Part shown: in pieces, positions 1 through 12,792 of the stretch | Position numbering within the stretch: position 1 is the stretch's first letter | How the letters are laid out: each line of letters begins with the position of its first letter | Assembly (NCBI GenBank): GCA_002269645.1 | Contig: NIVC01002170.1 | Coordinates: forward strand, 1-64,000 | Reading direction: 5' to 3' | Source of the DNA: Macrostomum lignano | Taxonomy: Eukaryota | Length of the DNA: 64,000 nucleotides | The notes under the pieces: generated by a model | The model's database searches: none | Seen by the model: the letters and a program-made list of their open reading frames with translations, nothing else | Told to the model about the DNA's origin: nothing | Made by a program: the position numbers and the translations under genes

Positions 1-3000
1 GCTACTGCGCTTTGGCATGCAAACTGTTTCCAGATCGACACAAGCTTATAAGCACACAAACACAGTCGAGTGTGCTACTGCGCTTTGGCATGCAAACTGT
101 TTCCAGATCGACACAAGTTGATAAGCGCACAAACACAGTCGAGTGTGCTACTGCGCTTTGGCATGCAAACTGTTTCCAGATCGACACAAGCTTGATAAGC
201 ACACAAACACAGTCGAGTGTGCTACTGGCTTTGGCATGCAAACTGTTTCCAGATCGACACAAGCTTGATAAGCACACAAACACAGTCGAGTGTGCTACTG
301 CGCTTTGGCATGCAAACTGTTTCCAGATCGACACAAGCTTGATAAGCACACAAACACAGTCGAGTGTGCTACTGCGCTTTGGCATGCAAACTGTTTCCAA
401 ATCGACACAAGCTTGATAAGCACACAAACACAGTCGAGTGTGCTACTGCGCTTTGGCATGCAAACTGTTTCCAGATCGACACAAGCTTGATAAGCACACA
501 AACACAGTCGAGTGTGCTACTGCGCTTTGGCATGCAAACTGTTTCCAGATCGACACAAGCTTGATAAGCACAAAACACAGTCGAGTGTGCTACTGCGCTT
601 TGGCATGCAAACTGTTTCCAGATCGACACAAGCTTGATAAGCACACAAACACAGTCGAGTGTGCTACTGCGCTTTGGCATGCAAACTGTTTCCAGATCGA
701 CACAAGCTTGATAAGCACGCAAACACAGTCGAGTGTGCTACTGCGCTTTGGCATGCAAACTGTTTCCAGATCGACACAAGCTTGATAAGCACACAAAAAC
801 AGTCGAGTGTGCTACTGCGCTTTGGCATGCAAACTGTTTCCAATCGACACAAGCTTGATAAGCACGCAAACACAGTCGAGTGTGCTACTGCGCTTTGGCA
901 TGCAAACTGTTTCCAGATCGACACAAGCTTGATAAGCACACAAACACAGTCGAGTGTGCTACTGCGCTTTGGCATGCAAACTGTTTCCAGATCGACACAA
1001 GCTTGATAAGCACAAACACAGTCGAGTGTGTGCTACTGCGCTTTGGCATGCAAACTGTTTCCAGATCGACACAAGCTTGATAAGCACACAAACACAGTCG
1101 AGTGTGCTACTGCGCTTTGGCATGCAAACTGTTTCCAGATCGACACAAGCTTGATAAGCAACAAACACAGTCGAGTGTGCTGCGCTTTGGCATGCAAACT
1201 GTTTCCAGATCGACACAAGCTTGATAAGCACACAAACACAGTCGAGTGTGCTACTGCGCTTTGGCATGCAAACTGTTTCCAGATCGACACAAGCTTGATA
1301 AGCACGCAAACACAGTCAAGTGTGCTACTGCGCTTTGGCATGCAAACTGTTTCCAGATCGACACAAGCTTGATAAGCACACAAACACAGTCGAGTGTGCT
1401 ACTGCGCTTTGGCATGCAAACTGTTTCCAATCGACACAAGCTTGATAAGCACACAAACACAGTCGAGTGTGCTACTGCGCTTTGGCATGCAAACTGTTTC
1501 CAGATCGACACAAGCTTGATAAGCACACAAACACAGTCGAGTGTGCTACTGCGCTTTGGCATGCAAACTGTTTCCAGATCGACACAAGCTTGATAAGCAC
1601 ACAAACACAGTCGAGTGTGCTACTGCGCTTTGGCATGCAAACTGTTTCCAGATCGACACAAGCTTGATAAGCACACAACACAGTCGAGTGTGCTACTGCG
1701 CTTTGGCATGCAAACTGTTTCCAGATCGACACAAGCTTGATAAGCACACAAACACAGTCGAGTGTGCTACTGCGCTTTGGCATGCAAACTGTTTCCAGAT
1801 CGACACAAGCTTGATAAGCACACAAACACAGTCGAGTGTGCTACTGCGCTTTGGCATGCAAACTGTTTCCAGATCGACACAAGCTTGATAAGCACACAAA
1901 CACAGTCGAGTGTGCTACTGCGCTTTGGCATGCAAACTGTTTCCAGATCGACACAAGCTTGATAAGCACGCAAACACAGTCGAGTGTGCTACTGCGCTTT
2001 GGCATGCAAACTGTTTCCAGATCGACACAAGCTTGATAAGCACACAAACACAGTCGAGTGTGCTACTGCGCTTTGGCATGCAAACTGTTTCCAAATCGAC
2101 ACAAGCTTGATAAGCACACAAACACAGTCGAGTGTGCTACTGCGCTTTGGCATGCAAACTGTTTCCAGATCGACACAAGCTTGATAAGCACACAAACACA
2201 GTCGAGTGTGCTACTGCGCTTTGGCATGCAAACTGTTTCCAAATCGACACAAGCTTGATAAGCACACAAACACAGTCGAGTGTGCTACTGCGCTTTGGCA
2301 TGCAAACTGTTTCCAGATCGACACAAGCTTGATAAGCACACAAACACAGTCGAGTGTGCTACTGCGCTTTGGCATGCAAACTGTTTCCAGATCGACACAA
2401 GCTTGATAAGCACACAAACACAGTCGAGTGTGCTACTGCGCTTTGGCATGCAAACTGTTTCCAGATCGACACAAGCTTGATAAGCACACAAACACAGTCG
2501 AGTGTGCTACTGCGCTTTGGCATGCAAACTGTTTCCAAATCGACACAAGCTTGATAAGCACACAAACACAGTCGAGTGTGCTACTGCGCTTTGGCATGCA
2601 AACTGTTTCCAGATCGACACAAGCTTGATAAGCACACAAACACAGTCGAGTGTGCTACTGCGCTTTGGCATGCAAACTGTTTCCAAATCGACACAAGCTT
2701 GATAAGCACGCAAACACAGTCGAGTGTGCTACTGCGCTTTGGCATGCAAACTGTTTCCAGATCGACACAAGCTTGATAAGCACACAAACACAGTCGAGTG
2801 TGCTACTGCGCTTTGGCATGCAAACTGTTTCCAGATCGACACAAGCTTGATAAGCACGCAAACACAGTCGAGTGTGCTACTGCGCTTTGGCATGCAAACT
2901 GTTTCCAGATCGACACAAGCTTGATAAGCACACAAACACAGTCGAGTGTGCTACTGCGCTTTGGCATGCAAACTGTTTCCAAATCGACACAAGCTTGATA

Positions 3001-5529
3001 AGCACACAAACACAGTCGAGTGTGCTACTGCGCTTTGGCATGCAAACTGTTTCCAGATCGACACAAGCTTGATAAGCACACAAACACAGTCGAGTGTGCT
3101 ACTGCGCTTTGGCATGCAAACTGTTTCCAAATCGACACAAGCTTGATAAGCACGCAAACACAGTCGAGTGTGCTACTGCGCTTTGGCATGCAAACTGTTT
3201 CCAGATCGACACAAGCTTGATAAGCACACAAACACAGTCGAGTGTGCTACTGCGCTTTGGCATGCAAACTGTTTCCAGATCGACACAAGCTTGATAAGCA
3301 CACAAACACAGTCGAGTGTGCTACTGCGCTTTGGCATGCAAACTGTTTCCAGATCGACACAAGCTTGATAAGCACACAAACACAGTCGAGTGTGCTACTG
3401 CGCTTTGGCATGCAAACTGTTTCCAGATCGACACAAGCTTGATAAGCACACAAACACAGTCGAGTGTGCTACTGCGCTTTGGCATGCAAACTGTTTCCAG
3501 ATCGACACAAGCTTGATAAGCACACAAACACAGTCGAGTGTGCTACTGCGCTTTGGCATGCAAACTGTTTCCAGATCGACACAAGCTTGATAAGCACACA
3601 AACACAGTCGAGTGTGCTACTGCGCTTTGGCATGCAAACTGTTTCCAGATCGACACAAGCTTGATAAGCACACAAACACAGTCGAGTGTGCTACTGCGCT
3701 TTGGCATGCAAACTGTTTCCAGATCGACACAAGCTTGATAAGCACACAAACACAGTCGAGTGTGCTACTGCGCTTTGGCATGCAAACTGTTTCCAGATCG
3801 ACACAAGCTTGATAAGCACGCAAACACAGTCGAGTGTGCTACTGCGCTTTGGCATGCAAACTGTTTCCAGATCGACACAAGCTTGATAAGCACACAAACA
3901 CAGTCGAGTGTGCTACTGCGCTTTGGCATGCAAACTGTTTCCAAATCGACACAAGCTTGATAAGCACACAAACACAGTCGAGTGTGCTACTGCGCTTTGG
4001 CATGCAAACTGTTTCCAGATCGACACAAGCTTGATAAGCACACAAACACAGTCAAGTGTGCTACTGCGCTTTGGCATGCAAACTGTTTCCAAATCGACAC
4101 AAGCTTGATAAGCACAAACACAGTCGAGTGTGCTACTGCGCTTTGGCATGCAAACTGTTTCCAGATCGACACAAGCTTGATAAGCACACAAACACAGTCG
4201 AGTGTGCTACTGCGCTTTGGCATGCAAACTGTTTCCAGATCGACACAAGCTTGATAAGCACACAAACACAGTCGAGTGTGCTACTGCGCTTTGGTATGCA
4301 AACTGTTTCCAGATCGACACAAGCTTGATAAGCACACAAACACAGTCGAGTGTGCTACTGCGCTTTGGCATGCAAACTGTTTCCAGATCGACACAAGCTT
4401 GATAAGCACACAACACAGTCGAGTGTGCTACTGCGCTTTGGCATGCAAACTGTTTCCAGATCGACACAAGCTTGATAAGCACACAAACACAGTCGAGTGT
4501 GCTACTGCGCTTTGGCATGCAAACTGTTTCCAAATCGACACAAGCTTGATAAGCACACAAACACAGTCGAGTGTGCTACTGCGCTTTGGCATGCAAACTG
4601 TTTCCAGATCGACACAAGCTTGATAAGCACACAAACACAGTCGAGTGTGCTACTGCGCTTTGGCATGCAAACTGTTTCCAGATCGACACAAGCTTGATAA
4701 GCACACAAACACAGTCGAGTGTGCTACTGCGCTTTGGCATGCAAACTGTTTCCAGATCGACACAAGCTTGATAAGCACACAAACACAGTCGAGTGTGCTA
4801 CTGCGCTTTGGCATGCAAACTGTTTCCAGATCGACACAAGCTTGATAAGCACACAAACACAGTCGAGTGTGCTACTGCGCTTTGGCATGCAAACTGTTTC
4901 CAGATCGACACAAGCTTGATAAGCACACAAACACAGTCGAGTGTGCTACTGCGCTTTGGCATGCAAACTGTTTCCAGATCGACACAAGCTTGATAAGCAC
5001 ACAAACACAGTCGAGTGTGCTACTGCGCTTTGGCATGCAAACTGTTTCCAGATCGACACAAGCTTGATAAGCACACAAACACAGTCGAGTGTGCTACTGC
5101 GCTTTGGCATGCAAACTGTTTCCAGATCGACACAAGCTTGATAAGCACACAAACACAGTCGAGTGTGCTACTGCGCTTTGGCATGCAAACTGTTTCCAGA
5201 TCGACACAAGCTTGATAAGCACACAAACACAGTCGAGTGTGCTACTGCGCTTTGGCATGCAAACTGTTTCCAGATCGACACAAGCTTGATAAGCACACAA
5301 ACACAGTCGAGTGTGCTACTGCGCTTTGGCATGCAAACTGTTTCCAGATCGACACAAGCTTGATAAGCACACAAACACAGTCGAGTGTGCTACTGCGCTT
5401 TGGCATGCAAACTGTTTCCAGATCGACACAAGCTTGATAAGCACACAAACACAGTCGAGTGTGCTACTGCGCTTTGGCATGCAAACTGTTTCCAGATCGA
5501 CACAAGCTTGATAAGCACACAAACACAGT
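1..5529. repeat. 74-bp satellite array (~75 copies, runs off the left edge of the window)
   Basis: Unit gctactgcgctttggcatgcaaactgtttccagatcgacacaagcttgataagcacacaaacacagtcgagtgt repeats head-to-tail. ORFs in the track recur every 74 bp. The array ends abruptly at 5529 into AT-rich DNA. Confidence 0.99.
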
Positions 5530-7996
5530 TGGAGAATTTCAACAAGGATAATTGGAAAAAATATCCCTTTGTTAGTTGTGTTTTATCGAGGGCTCATTGA
5601 ATTTTTTTAATTTTCAAATAATATTAAATTATTTCAAATGTTTCCATGTTTCGCATAAATATACAATTAATGAGAAATTGTATATAACAGACTGAGCTGA
5701 ATACTGCAATTGCCAATTATTATAGTTCTATATTTCTAAATTATAATGAGAATAATAAATCTGTTTTTAAAAAGTATAAACTTTTTTGGTAAGTCATCAA
5801 AACGAAATTAGATCTATGTAGGACTGGAATAATTCGAAAAAATAATAGAGAGCACAGCACACAATCTAGATAATTTTATTTACTTTGAATAGCTACGAGC
5901 TAAGTGTATTCAACCAATATGAATTTAGAAAAAACAAACAATTATATAATATCTTTGTATGCCATCTTTTGTGACTTGTCTGCAGCTGATTAGGAAAATA
6001 TTGCTAGCATATTACTAAGGCAGAATATTTTAGCACTCTATAAAATTTTGGAGTCTTTGGTACCATGCCACGATACTAAATGAGTAGCTACAAAGTGAAT
6101 CACTTTTAACTTTCAAAAATCCAAAAGTCAATCTGAATATTCTCTTTAAAGTGTACACTAGACTAAAGAGGCTTATACTAGACTAGACTAGACTAGACTA
6201 AAGATTATTATCTTAATTGTGTCGTGTGTTAATGTGTTACAAAGTGGATTGAGTGTAACACAAAATATGAATCATAATACTGCTAGCTAGACCTAGAAAC
6301 ACGTATCAAGCAATGTTTGTTACTCGATATTGTACAGTCAATAACTAAGTGGCCAATTAGCCTACTGTTAATGTCACAGCCCATAGCTCAAATGAAAGCA
6401 CGTGCAGTAATTCTAAAGTTACGTTATCATTCAATTGCAAGTTAAATTTTAGCACTTCTTCAATTATCCTTTAATAAGAGCAATAATATATAACTACTTG
6501 ATTTATTAGTTTTATAAAACAAATTTTTAACTGAGCTAAAGATAAAAACATTAAAGTACTTTCTGTTTCTTTATTAAATTATAGCTATGTTGTTATAAAT
6601 AAAAACAAAAAATTGTAACACCGGGAGACTTCTATGGTTCAAACAAAAAACTTTATATCCTTGCAAAAGAAGCTGTCGCAAATGTGCCAGTTTCTCAATT
6701 ATACTCTTTGGACATCTGGCAATTGAAAAAGCCAGCTGTCGCAATGTACAGCTCTGAAAAAGTCGAGTGTCGCAAGCGAAATAAAAAATTCGACATTTTT
6801 TAAGTTTTAAAGTCCTCTGCTGACCGAACCATTGAACTTCCAGTTGTGAGAATTTGTCCTTGGTTACAGGACTTGATGGACTATAAGAATCAGCAACTGT
6901 CGCAAGAATTGCCCAAAGCTTAAAATTCCTAAGCCCAAAAAACAAGCCATCCGCACGCTATCCGCACGTAACTAATTTTTAACGCCTCCCCACAGACAAG
7001 CCAAGTACATGGAATGCTTTGAACCTTCTGTTGCATAAATAAAGTGTCTAAATCTTTGCAAAATATCCAGATTTATAGCTGTCGCAAGCATTTAAATTTT
7101 TTATGAGGATGGCATGCGGCTAGATTTACGGGAGTAAGTGAGGCTGTTAAGGCAGTCAAACATTCAACAAAGTTAAAAAGTTATACTGCTTTTTTTCTTG
7201 GAAATCCGAACCGATTCTGGTTCTAGAATCGATTGCCATGAAGAGCCTCTATTTCAGAGTCCGAGAGAAACTAGCTGCTCACGCACATACAGTGGCGACT
7301 TTTCAATGTTGCTGAGTATACTAAAAATGAGTTGTTTGTGGGTATGCGATAGATTTCTGAAAAAACATTTTTTTTCAAAATTTTTATTCAAAAACGTTTC
7401 CCGCCAAACTACCTCACCAGTCCTATCCAGGCTATTCGGCTTTTGTTTTACCAAACAGCGATTCTAAAACGTGACAAGCATAAATTTCCAGGTTTCTTAT
7501 TTGAAGTATTTTACGACCTAAAACTCCTATCAAATCTCAATGTTAACAATCATGGCTAGCTTTTTTAACACCGATTTACAATGTTAAAATTAACTTGTGT
7601 TATTTTGTTATTTAAATATAGACAATCCTAACTGGTTGAAATGACCTCATGACTTAGTCATTCTCATTCAAGACTAGTTAGGCCTGCCCTAGATCTATTT
7701 GTACTGAAATTTCTAAAACTTAGTAGTAAAGATAAAATTAGTTTTTAACTCAAGTTAAATTATTCTTAATCCAGTACATTAAAAATAAGTTGGCAAAGTT
7801 ATTTGGCATGGTCTATCTATATATGTAACAATGTCACCACTGGCAAAGCAATGTAGAGTGCCAAAATGATATTTTATTATAGCAATTGGAAAAAAGGTCC
7901 CTTATTGCAACATCTCCTGAGCCCTGGCACACACTGGGTGACTCTTTCATGTGGCCTATGTACCTTAGAGAGTGACCCTTGGTAGCAAAATTGGTT

Positions 7997-8103
7997 ATCT
8001 TCAAGTTTCGTTCGTTTAATTCCAACACCCACCCACCCCCCACCACCCTTGAATAGAGGGTGAAATAATTCCGGAATTAATTAAACGAACGAAACTTGAA
8101 GAT
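7997..8103. repeat. Short inverted repeat (25-bp perfect arms, ~57-bp spacer)
   Basis: atcttcaagtttcgttcgtttaatt (7997-8021) is the reverse complement of aattaaacgaacgaaacttgaagat (8079-8103). Confidence 0.85.
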
Positions 8104-8702
8104 TGCCGCAAAATTGTGTAGGAGAGATAGGCAAGCTACAATACTAAGCAACTACAACTACAACCCAAGGCCAAAATTTATATATTAGAAAAGATGCATA
8201 GTTACATAGACATAGACAAAAAAGTATGGCCCAAATTTTGGCCATAGCTAAGAGGATAGTCATGGCCTTTTTGCCCCCTCTATATTTATCTTTCTATGAT
8301 CTCTAGCATATATAAGCAAGTTATATAGGTGTACCAATTGATCTTATCTTTATAGGATAGGATACTGTTTATATAGATTCTTGTTTGTTCTAATCAGAAA
8401 AGCTACTTCCTTGCCTAATTTTCTAAATTTTTAGTCTAAGTTTCCAATTTTTTAATTTTATCAAATAATTAGTTTTGCTTTCTTTTTTCAGGCTTTAGGA
8501 TATAAGATGTTTAAGAAAGTGATTAGTAAGTTTTTAAAAAATTATGACTTTTAGCTATTATAATTTATATTTTTGCCTAGAAGTGACTTTCTTAGCTACT
8601 TTGTTAAGTTACTTGATTGCTTTTTCAGGTGGTACAGTAGCACCATTTTTATCAAAGTCTAAAGTCCAAATATCTGTGGCTTTCACTACTGGCCAATTCA
8701 AA

Positions 8703-11700
8703 ATGACTACAACAAATAGCAGTTATACAAATGGTGAACTTGCTAGCAGGAAAGACAGTGCCAGGCGGCTTGCTGCCAACATGGCTGTGGATGAGAATCT
8801 ACAGGTTGGTTGCTTTTTTATGTCTGAATGTGTTTTATTGCTATGAGTTATCAAAGTTCAGGTTTGGAAAGTGATTCATTTCAGTTGAATTTGATCAATG
8901 TGTTCTATATAATTTCAGAACTGCCAAACTATTGGTATTGGATCTGGTAGAACCATGGTGTTTGTTGTTGAGCGCATTGGTAAGTGCTCAAATATTAAGT
9001 CGCATTTTTAGCATATTTCTTCAAAGTTAATAATGTTCATTTTCTTCTATTATTTTAGCTGAGCTTTTGAAGCAGAAAAGCTGGTCAGTTAAATGCGTGC
9101 CAACTTCTTATCAGGTCTGTGAATAAAAATCAAATTCATTAACGACTTCTTCATTCCTCTGTCCTAATTGTGATTGAGTGTAGTGTTGAGTTGTACTTTA
9201 AGGTTTGAGTGCGCGTGTACTTAAGCACTTAAAGTACTCGTATGCCCAAACACTCAAAGTGCGCGTGTACTTAAACTCCTAGAGTGCGTGTGTACTTACG
9301 ATTAAATAGTCCAAGTGCTCGTGTTACTTAAATATTTGAAGTGCGCGTGTAATTTACTGCTTAGAGTGCGCGTGTACTTAACTAATCCAAGTGCTCGTGT
9401 ACCTCAACACTTAAAGTGCTAAGGCGGTACTTTTAACGTGTAACGTGTTCGTGTACTTAATCAGAGTAAATTATAGAATGCAGGATCTGCATACTTCTAG
9501 TACTCGTACGCGCGCATTCATTGTGTCTTATCCACCCTCTTGGCCCTGCGCAGGCAAAGCAGCTAATCAGAGAGCACGGCATGCCGCTGGCTGAGCTGGA
9601 ATACTGCACCGCACCTCTAGACTGGGCCGTCGATGGAGCCGACGAAGTCGACGCCAATTTGGCCTTAATTAAAGGCGGCGGCGGCTGCCTATTGCAAGAA
9701 AAAATCGTCGACACCGCCGCGAATTCGTTAGTAATTGTCTGCGATGAAGCTAAAATTAGTAGGCAATTTGGCGAACGCTGGCGCGCCGGCGTCCCAATAG
9801 AAGTTGTGCCGATGGCCTGGGCTCTGGTTAAGCGGCAAATTGAGACGCGATTTGGCGGACGAGCTGTGCTGCGAGAGTCCGCTGGCAAAATGGTTAGCGC
9901 TGACGCGGTGATTTAGGAAAGAGCAGGAGTTTTTAGCGGCGCCAATTCTGTAGCTGGCGCCCCATTTGTAGCTGGCGCCCATCTGTAGCTGGCGCCCATC
10001 TGTAGCTGGCGCCCATCTGTAGCTGGCGCCCCATCTGTAGCTGGCGTCCTCCCTGTAGCTGGCGTCCATCTGTAGCTGGCGCCCATCTGTAGCTGGCGCC
10101 CCATCTGTAGCTGGCGTCCTCCCTGTAGCTGGCGTCCATCTGTAGCTGGCGCCCATCTGTAGCTGGCGCCCATCTGTAGCTGGCGCCCATCTGTAGCTGG
10201 CGCCCCATCTGTAGCTGGCGTCCTCCCTGTAGCTGGCGTCCATCTGTAGCTGGCGCCCATCTGTAGCTGGCGCCCATCTGTAGCTGGCGCCCCATCTGTA
10301 GCTGGCGCCCCATCTGTAGCTGGCGCCCATCTGTAGCTGGCGCCCCATCTGTAGCTGGCGCCCATCTGTAGCTGGCGCCCCATCTGTAGCTGGCGCCCAT
10401 CTGTAGCTGGCGCCCATCTGTAGCTGGCGCCCCATCTGTAGCTGGCGTCCTCCCTGTAGCTGGCGTCCATCTGTAGCTGGCGCCCATCTGTAGCTGGCGC
10501 CCATCTGTAGCTGGCGCCCCATCTGTAGCTGGCGCCCCATCTGTAGCTGGCGCCCATCTGTAGCTGGCGTCCATCTGTAGCTGGCGCCCATCTGTAGCTG
10601 GCGCCCATCTGTAGCTGGCGCCCCATCTGTAGCTGGCGTCCTCTCTGTAGCTATTTAAATGTATAGCTTCATTTTTTACATTTTTTACAAATTGTATTAG
10701 CTACATATTTAAATGTCGGTGTATCTTGAATTCAGGGTCCTAGCATCAACATGTATATTACAGGGTGTCAACGCTTTTTGTGCCTCTCAAAATGAGTAGA
10801 AAATAAGAAAAGTAGGAAGAATTTCGAGATTGTGCAAGGACGGGACACAGAAGTGCAAATAGCATCTTTTCAAGTTATAACTAAAGCCAAGTATTATTAA
10901 AATAATTAAAGTAATGTTGATTAAATATTGAGATAATGTAATGCACATTTTCTTTCAATAGGTTCGATTGCGCCACTAGATAATTTGGAGAACATACAGA
11001 AATACGATTATACGAAAAGATGTACAACAAAATGAAACATTTCCAAACCACTGAAAATAGTAGATGGAAACAATCGTGAAAAGTTTATATTTATTACACT
11101 TGCAGATGTCACTTATATATGTTGGTTTCCAGGCTGGCTAGCCGCCACGCTCGTTTTCTGTAAGCTGCCTCGCCTACTGCATTTGCGGTGGCCAAGGCAG
11201 CCGCTGCAGCAGTAGTCGCGGTTGTTGGGGGTGCGTCGCATGCAGGTAGGTCCTAGGCCTTGCTCAAGTAGAGGGGCGGGCGCGGGGGTGGCGTTTGCGG
11301 CTGTCACTGGTTCTGTCTCGCTGGGTGGGTGACGATTGGTGCAGGCGGTGCGACGGGATCTGCAGCCGCTGCACCAGGTGTCCCTGTCCGATTCGTTCCA
11401 GGTCAGACAGCGCGCCAGCAGTCGGGGCCGCGCGGTGTGACGGGCTGCTCGGTGAACGGCGGCTGGATAGGATGCCGGTTGGCCGGGTCTGCGCCCTGCG
11501 GATTGGAATCGTATGGCACTCCGTCACAACGGGGCGGCGATGACAAGCCCGGCAGTGGGTGGAAGTCCTCGGATGTTCTGAGTTTGGTCTCTTGAAGAAA
11601 GACGAACGCAGGGCGCGCGGTGTCTAGCCGGGAGATTAGTTACGTAATGCGGCTGCGAAGGCCGTTGCTGTTAAGTTGTGGAAACAGGAACTCTTGGTTT

Positions 11701-12555
11701 GCGGCATTTGTGTCCTGGGGTGTCGTTGGCTTCACCACCCCTGCCGAGGTGCAGAACACGATGAAGGTTCTCTGGCCTGGGGGGGGGCGGCGTATATCCG
11801 GCGCTTCCTTGGCTAAAGCTGCAATTCAATATTTAATATTGTGATAAAATGCATTATCATATTGGAGCAGGCATCTAACATAGCAAACGGTAGATATGCT
11901 ACAAAAGTGAAGCTCTTTTGCACTATAATATGTAGGAAAATACAAATTATTGTAAGACACTTCTGCATGACACAAATTACATTATCCTTACCCATAGATT
12001 CAGTTATTCATATATTTTAATAGTTGAGCTTCTAGATCACTTGATTCAAACAAGTACATAATTTGGTCAAAAACTCTAAGCAAGTAGAATGTGAGGCTAG
12101 AATAAAGGTACTAAAATGTATTTATGTCTCTCATGCAGCCCAGAGCAATGCCTTCGCAGAAGGGCAATGCCAGGCCTCTGAAAAAGGAGATGCAACTCAA
12201 AAGACGAATTTGATTATTCTGAACCGTCATCTGCCTTGCACCTCTTACACTTTCACCAACAGGGTCCGGTAGTGACAGACAATGGCAATTTCCTAATAGA
12301 CTGGCAGTTCGATGCTCAACAGAAATGGGAACAGGTTGATCGGGAACTGCACATGATGCCTGGTGAGCTACTACGAGTATCGAGCCTAAGTAGTAGTAAC
12401 AGTTTTTCCATACCGTTTTTCCTAATTATCTAAATTTGCCAGGTCTAGTCGAGACCGGCCTGTTTATTGGCAAAGCGAGCGCCGTTTATGTTGGCAAGTT
12501 TGATGGCGGAGTTGAGAAACTGCTGCCTCCCGATGGAGACGCTGCTGGAAAATAG
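8703..12555 (+). CDS. RPIA: Ribose-5-phosphate isomerase A, 6 coding exons, ~256 aa
   Basis: Exons 8703-8804, 8919-8979, 9059-9114, 9554-9892, 12263-12362, 12443-12555; all GT-AG with consistent phases (771 nt). The translation has the RpiA motifs IGIGSGRT, PTSYQA, AVDGADEVD, LIKGGGGCLLQEKIV, GVPIEVVP, GPVVTDNGNFLIDW and GLVETGLF. The start Met at 8703 is probable, but an in-frame upstream acceptor near 8628 could extend the N-terminus. Confidence 0.96.
9205..9460. repeat. Degenerate minisatellite in RPIA intron 3
   Basis: Recurring (g)agtgcgcgtgtacttaa-like motif, about 8 diverged copies. Confidence 0.75.
9940..10652. repeat. 17/18-bp minisatellite in RPIA intron 4
   Basis: Units ctgtagctggcgcc(c)cat and ctgtagctggcgtcctcc in tandem. 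Confidence 0.97.
11113..11820 (-). mobile_element. Degraded, internally deleted non-LTR retrotransposon (APE endonuclease N-terminus joined to a Cys-rich segment)
   Basis: GC-rich island in an AT-rich intron. The minus strand at ~11530-11690 reads FPQLNSNGLRSRIT*LISRLDTARPAFVFLQETKLRTSEDF, matching the xNxNGL...LQETK signature of LINE apurinic endonucleases with an in-frame stop. Downstream, another frame reads RLLARCLTWNESDRDTWCSGCRSRRTAC...CMRRTPNNRDYCCSGCLGHRKC. Confidence 0.75.
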
Positions 12556-12792
12556 CCGCTTTTAGGTCTCCTACTACTACTGTTAGTAGGAGAATGAGGT
12601 TTTTAAGCTACGTAATGTATTTTACAAAAAACAATCCAGGAAATTGACTTTTTGGCTGAATTGAAGTCATTTTTGTAAGCTTCTTAGATCATTAGACCTG
12701 TTTGTTCGTCGAAATGATTGCTGTTATTCTGCGCTAAATTTTTATTCAACTTCGACGGACTGCATAAGGCACTTGCTAGCCTTCCTAGAAAA

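Noticed and set aside
2-5600. About 150 overlapping 66-141 aa ORFs (MCYCALACKLF..., MCAYQACVDL...)
   Set aside because: They are translations of the 74-bp unit in rotating frames, with no splice or start context.
9728-10626. 213-287 aa ORFs (MGASYRWAPATDGRQLQ repeats), likewise 19039-20110
   Set aside because: Stop-free antisense frames of intronic minisatellites.
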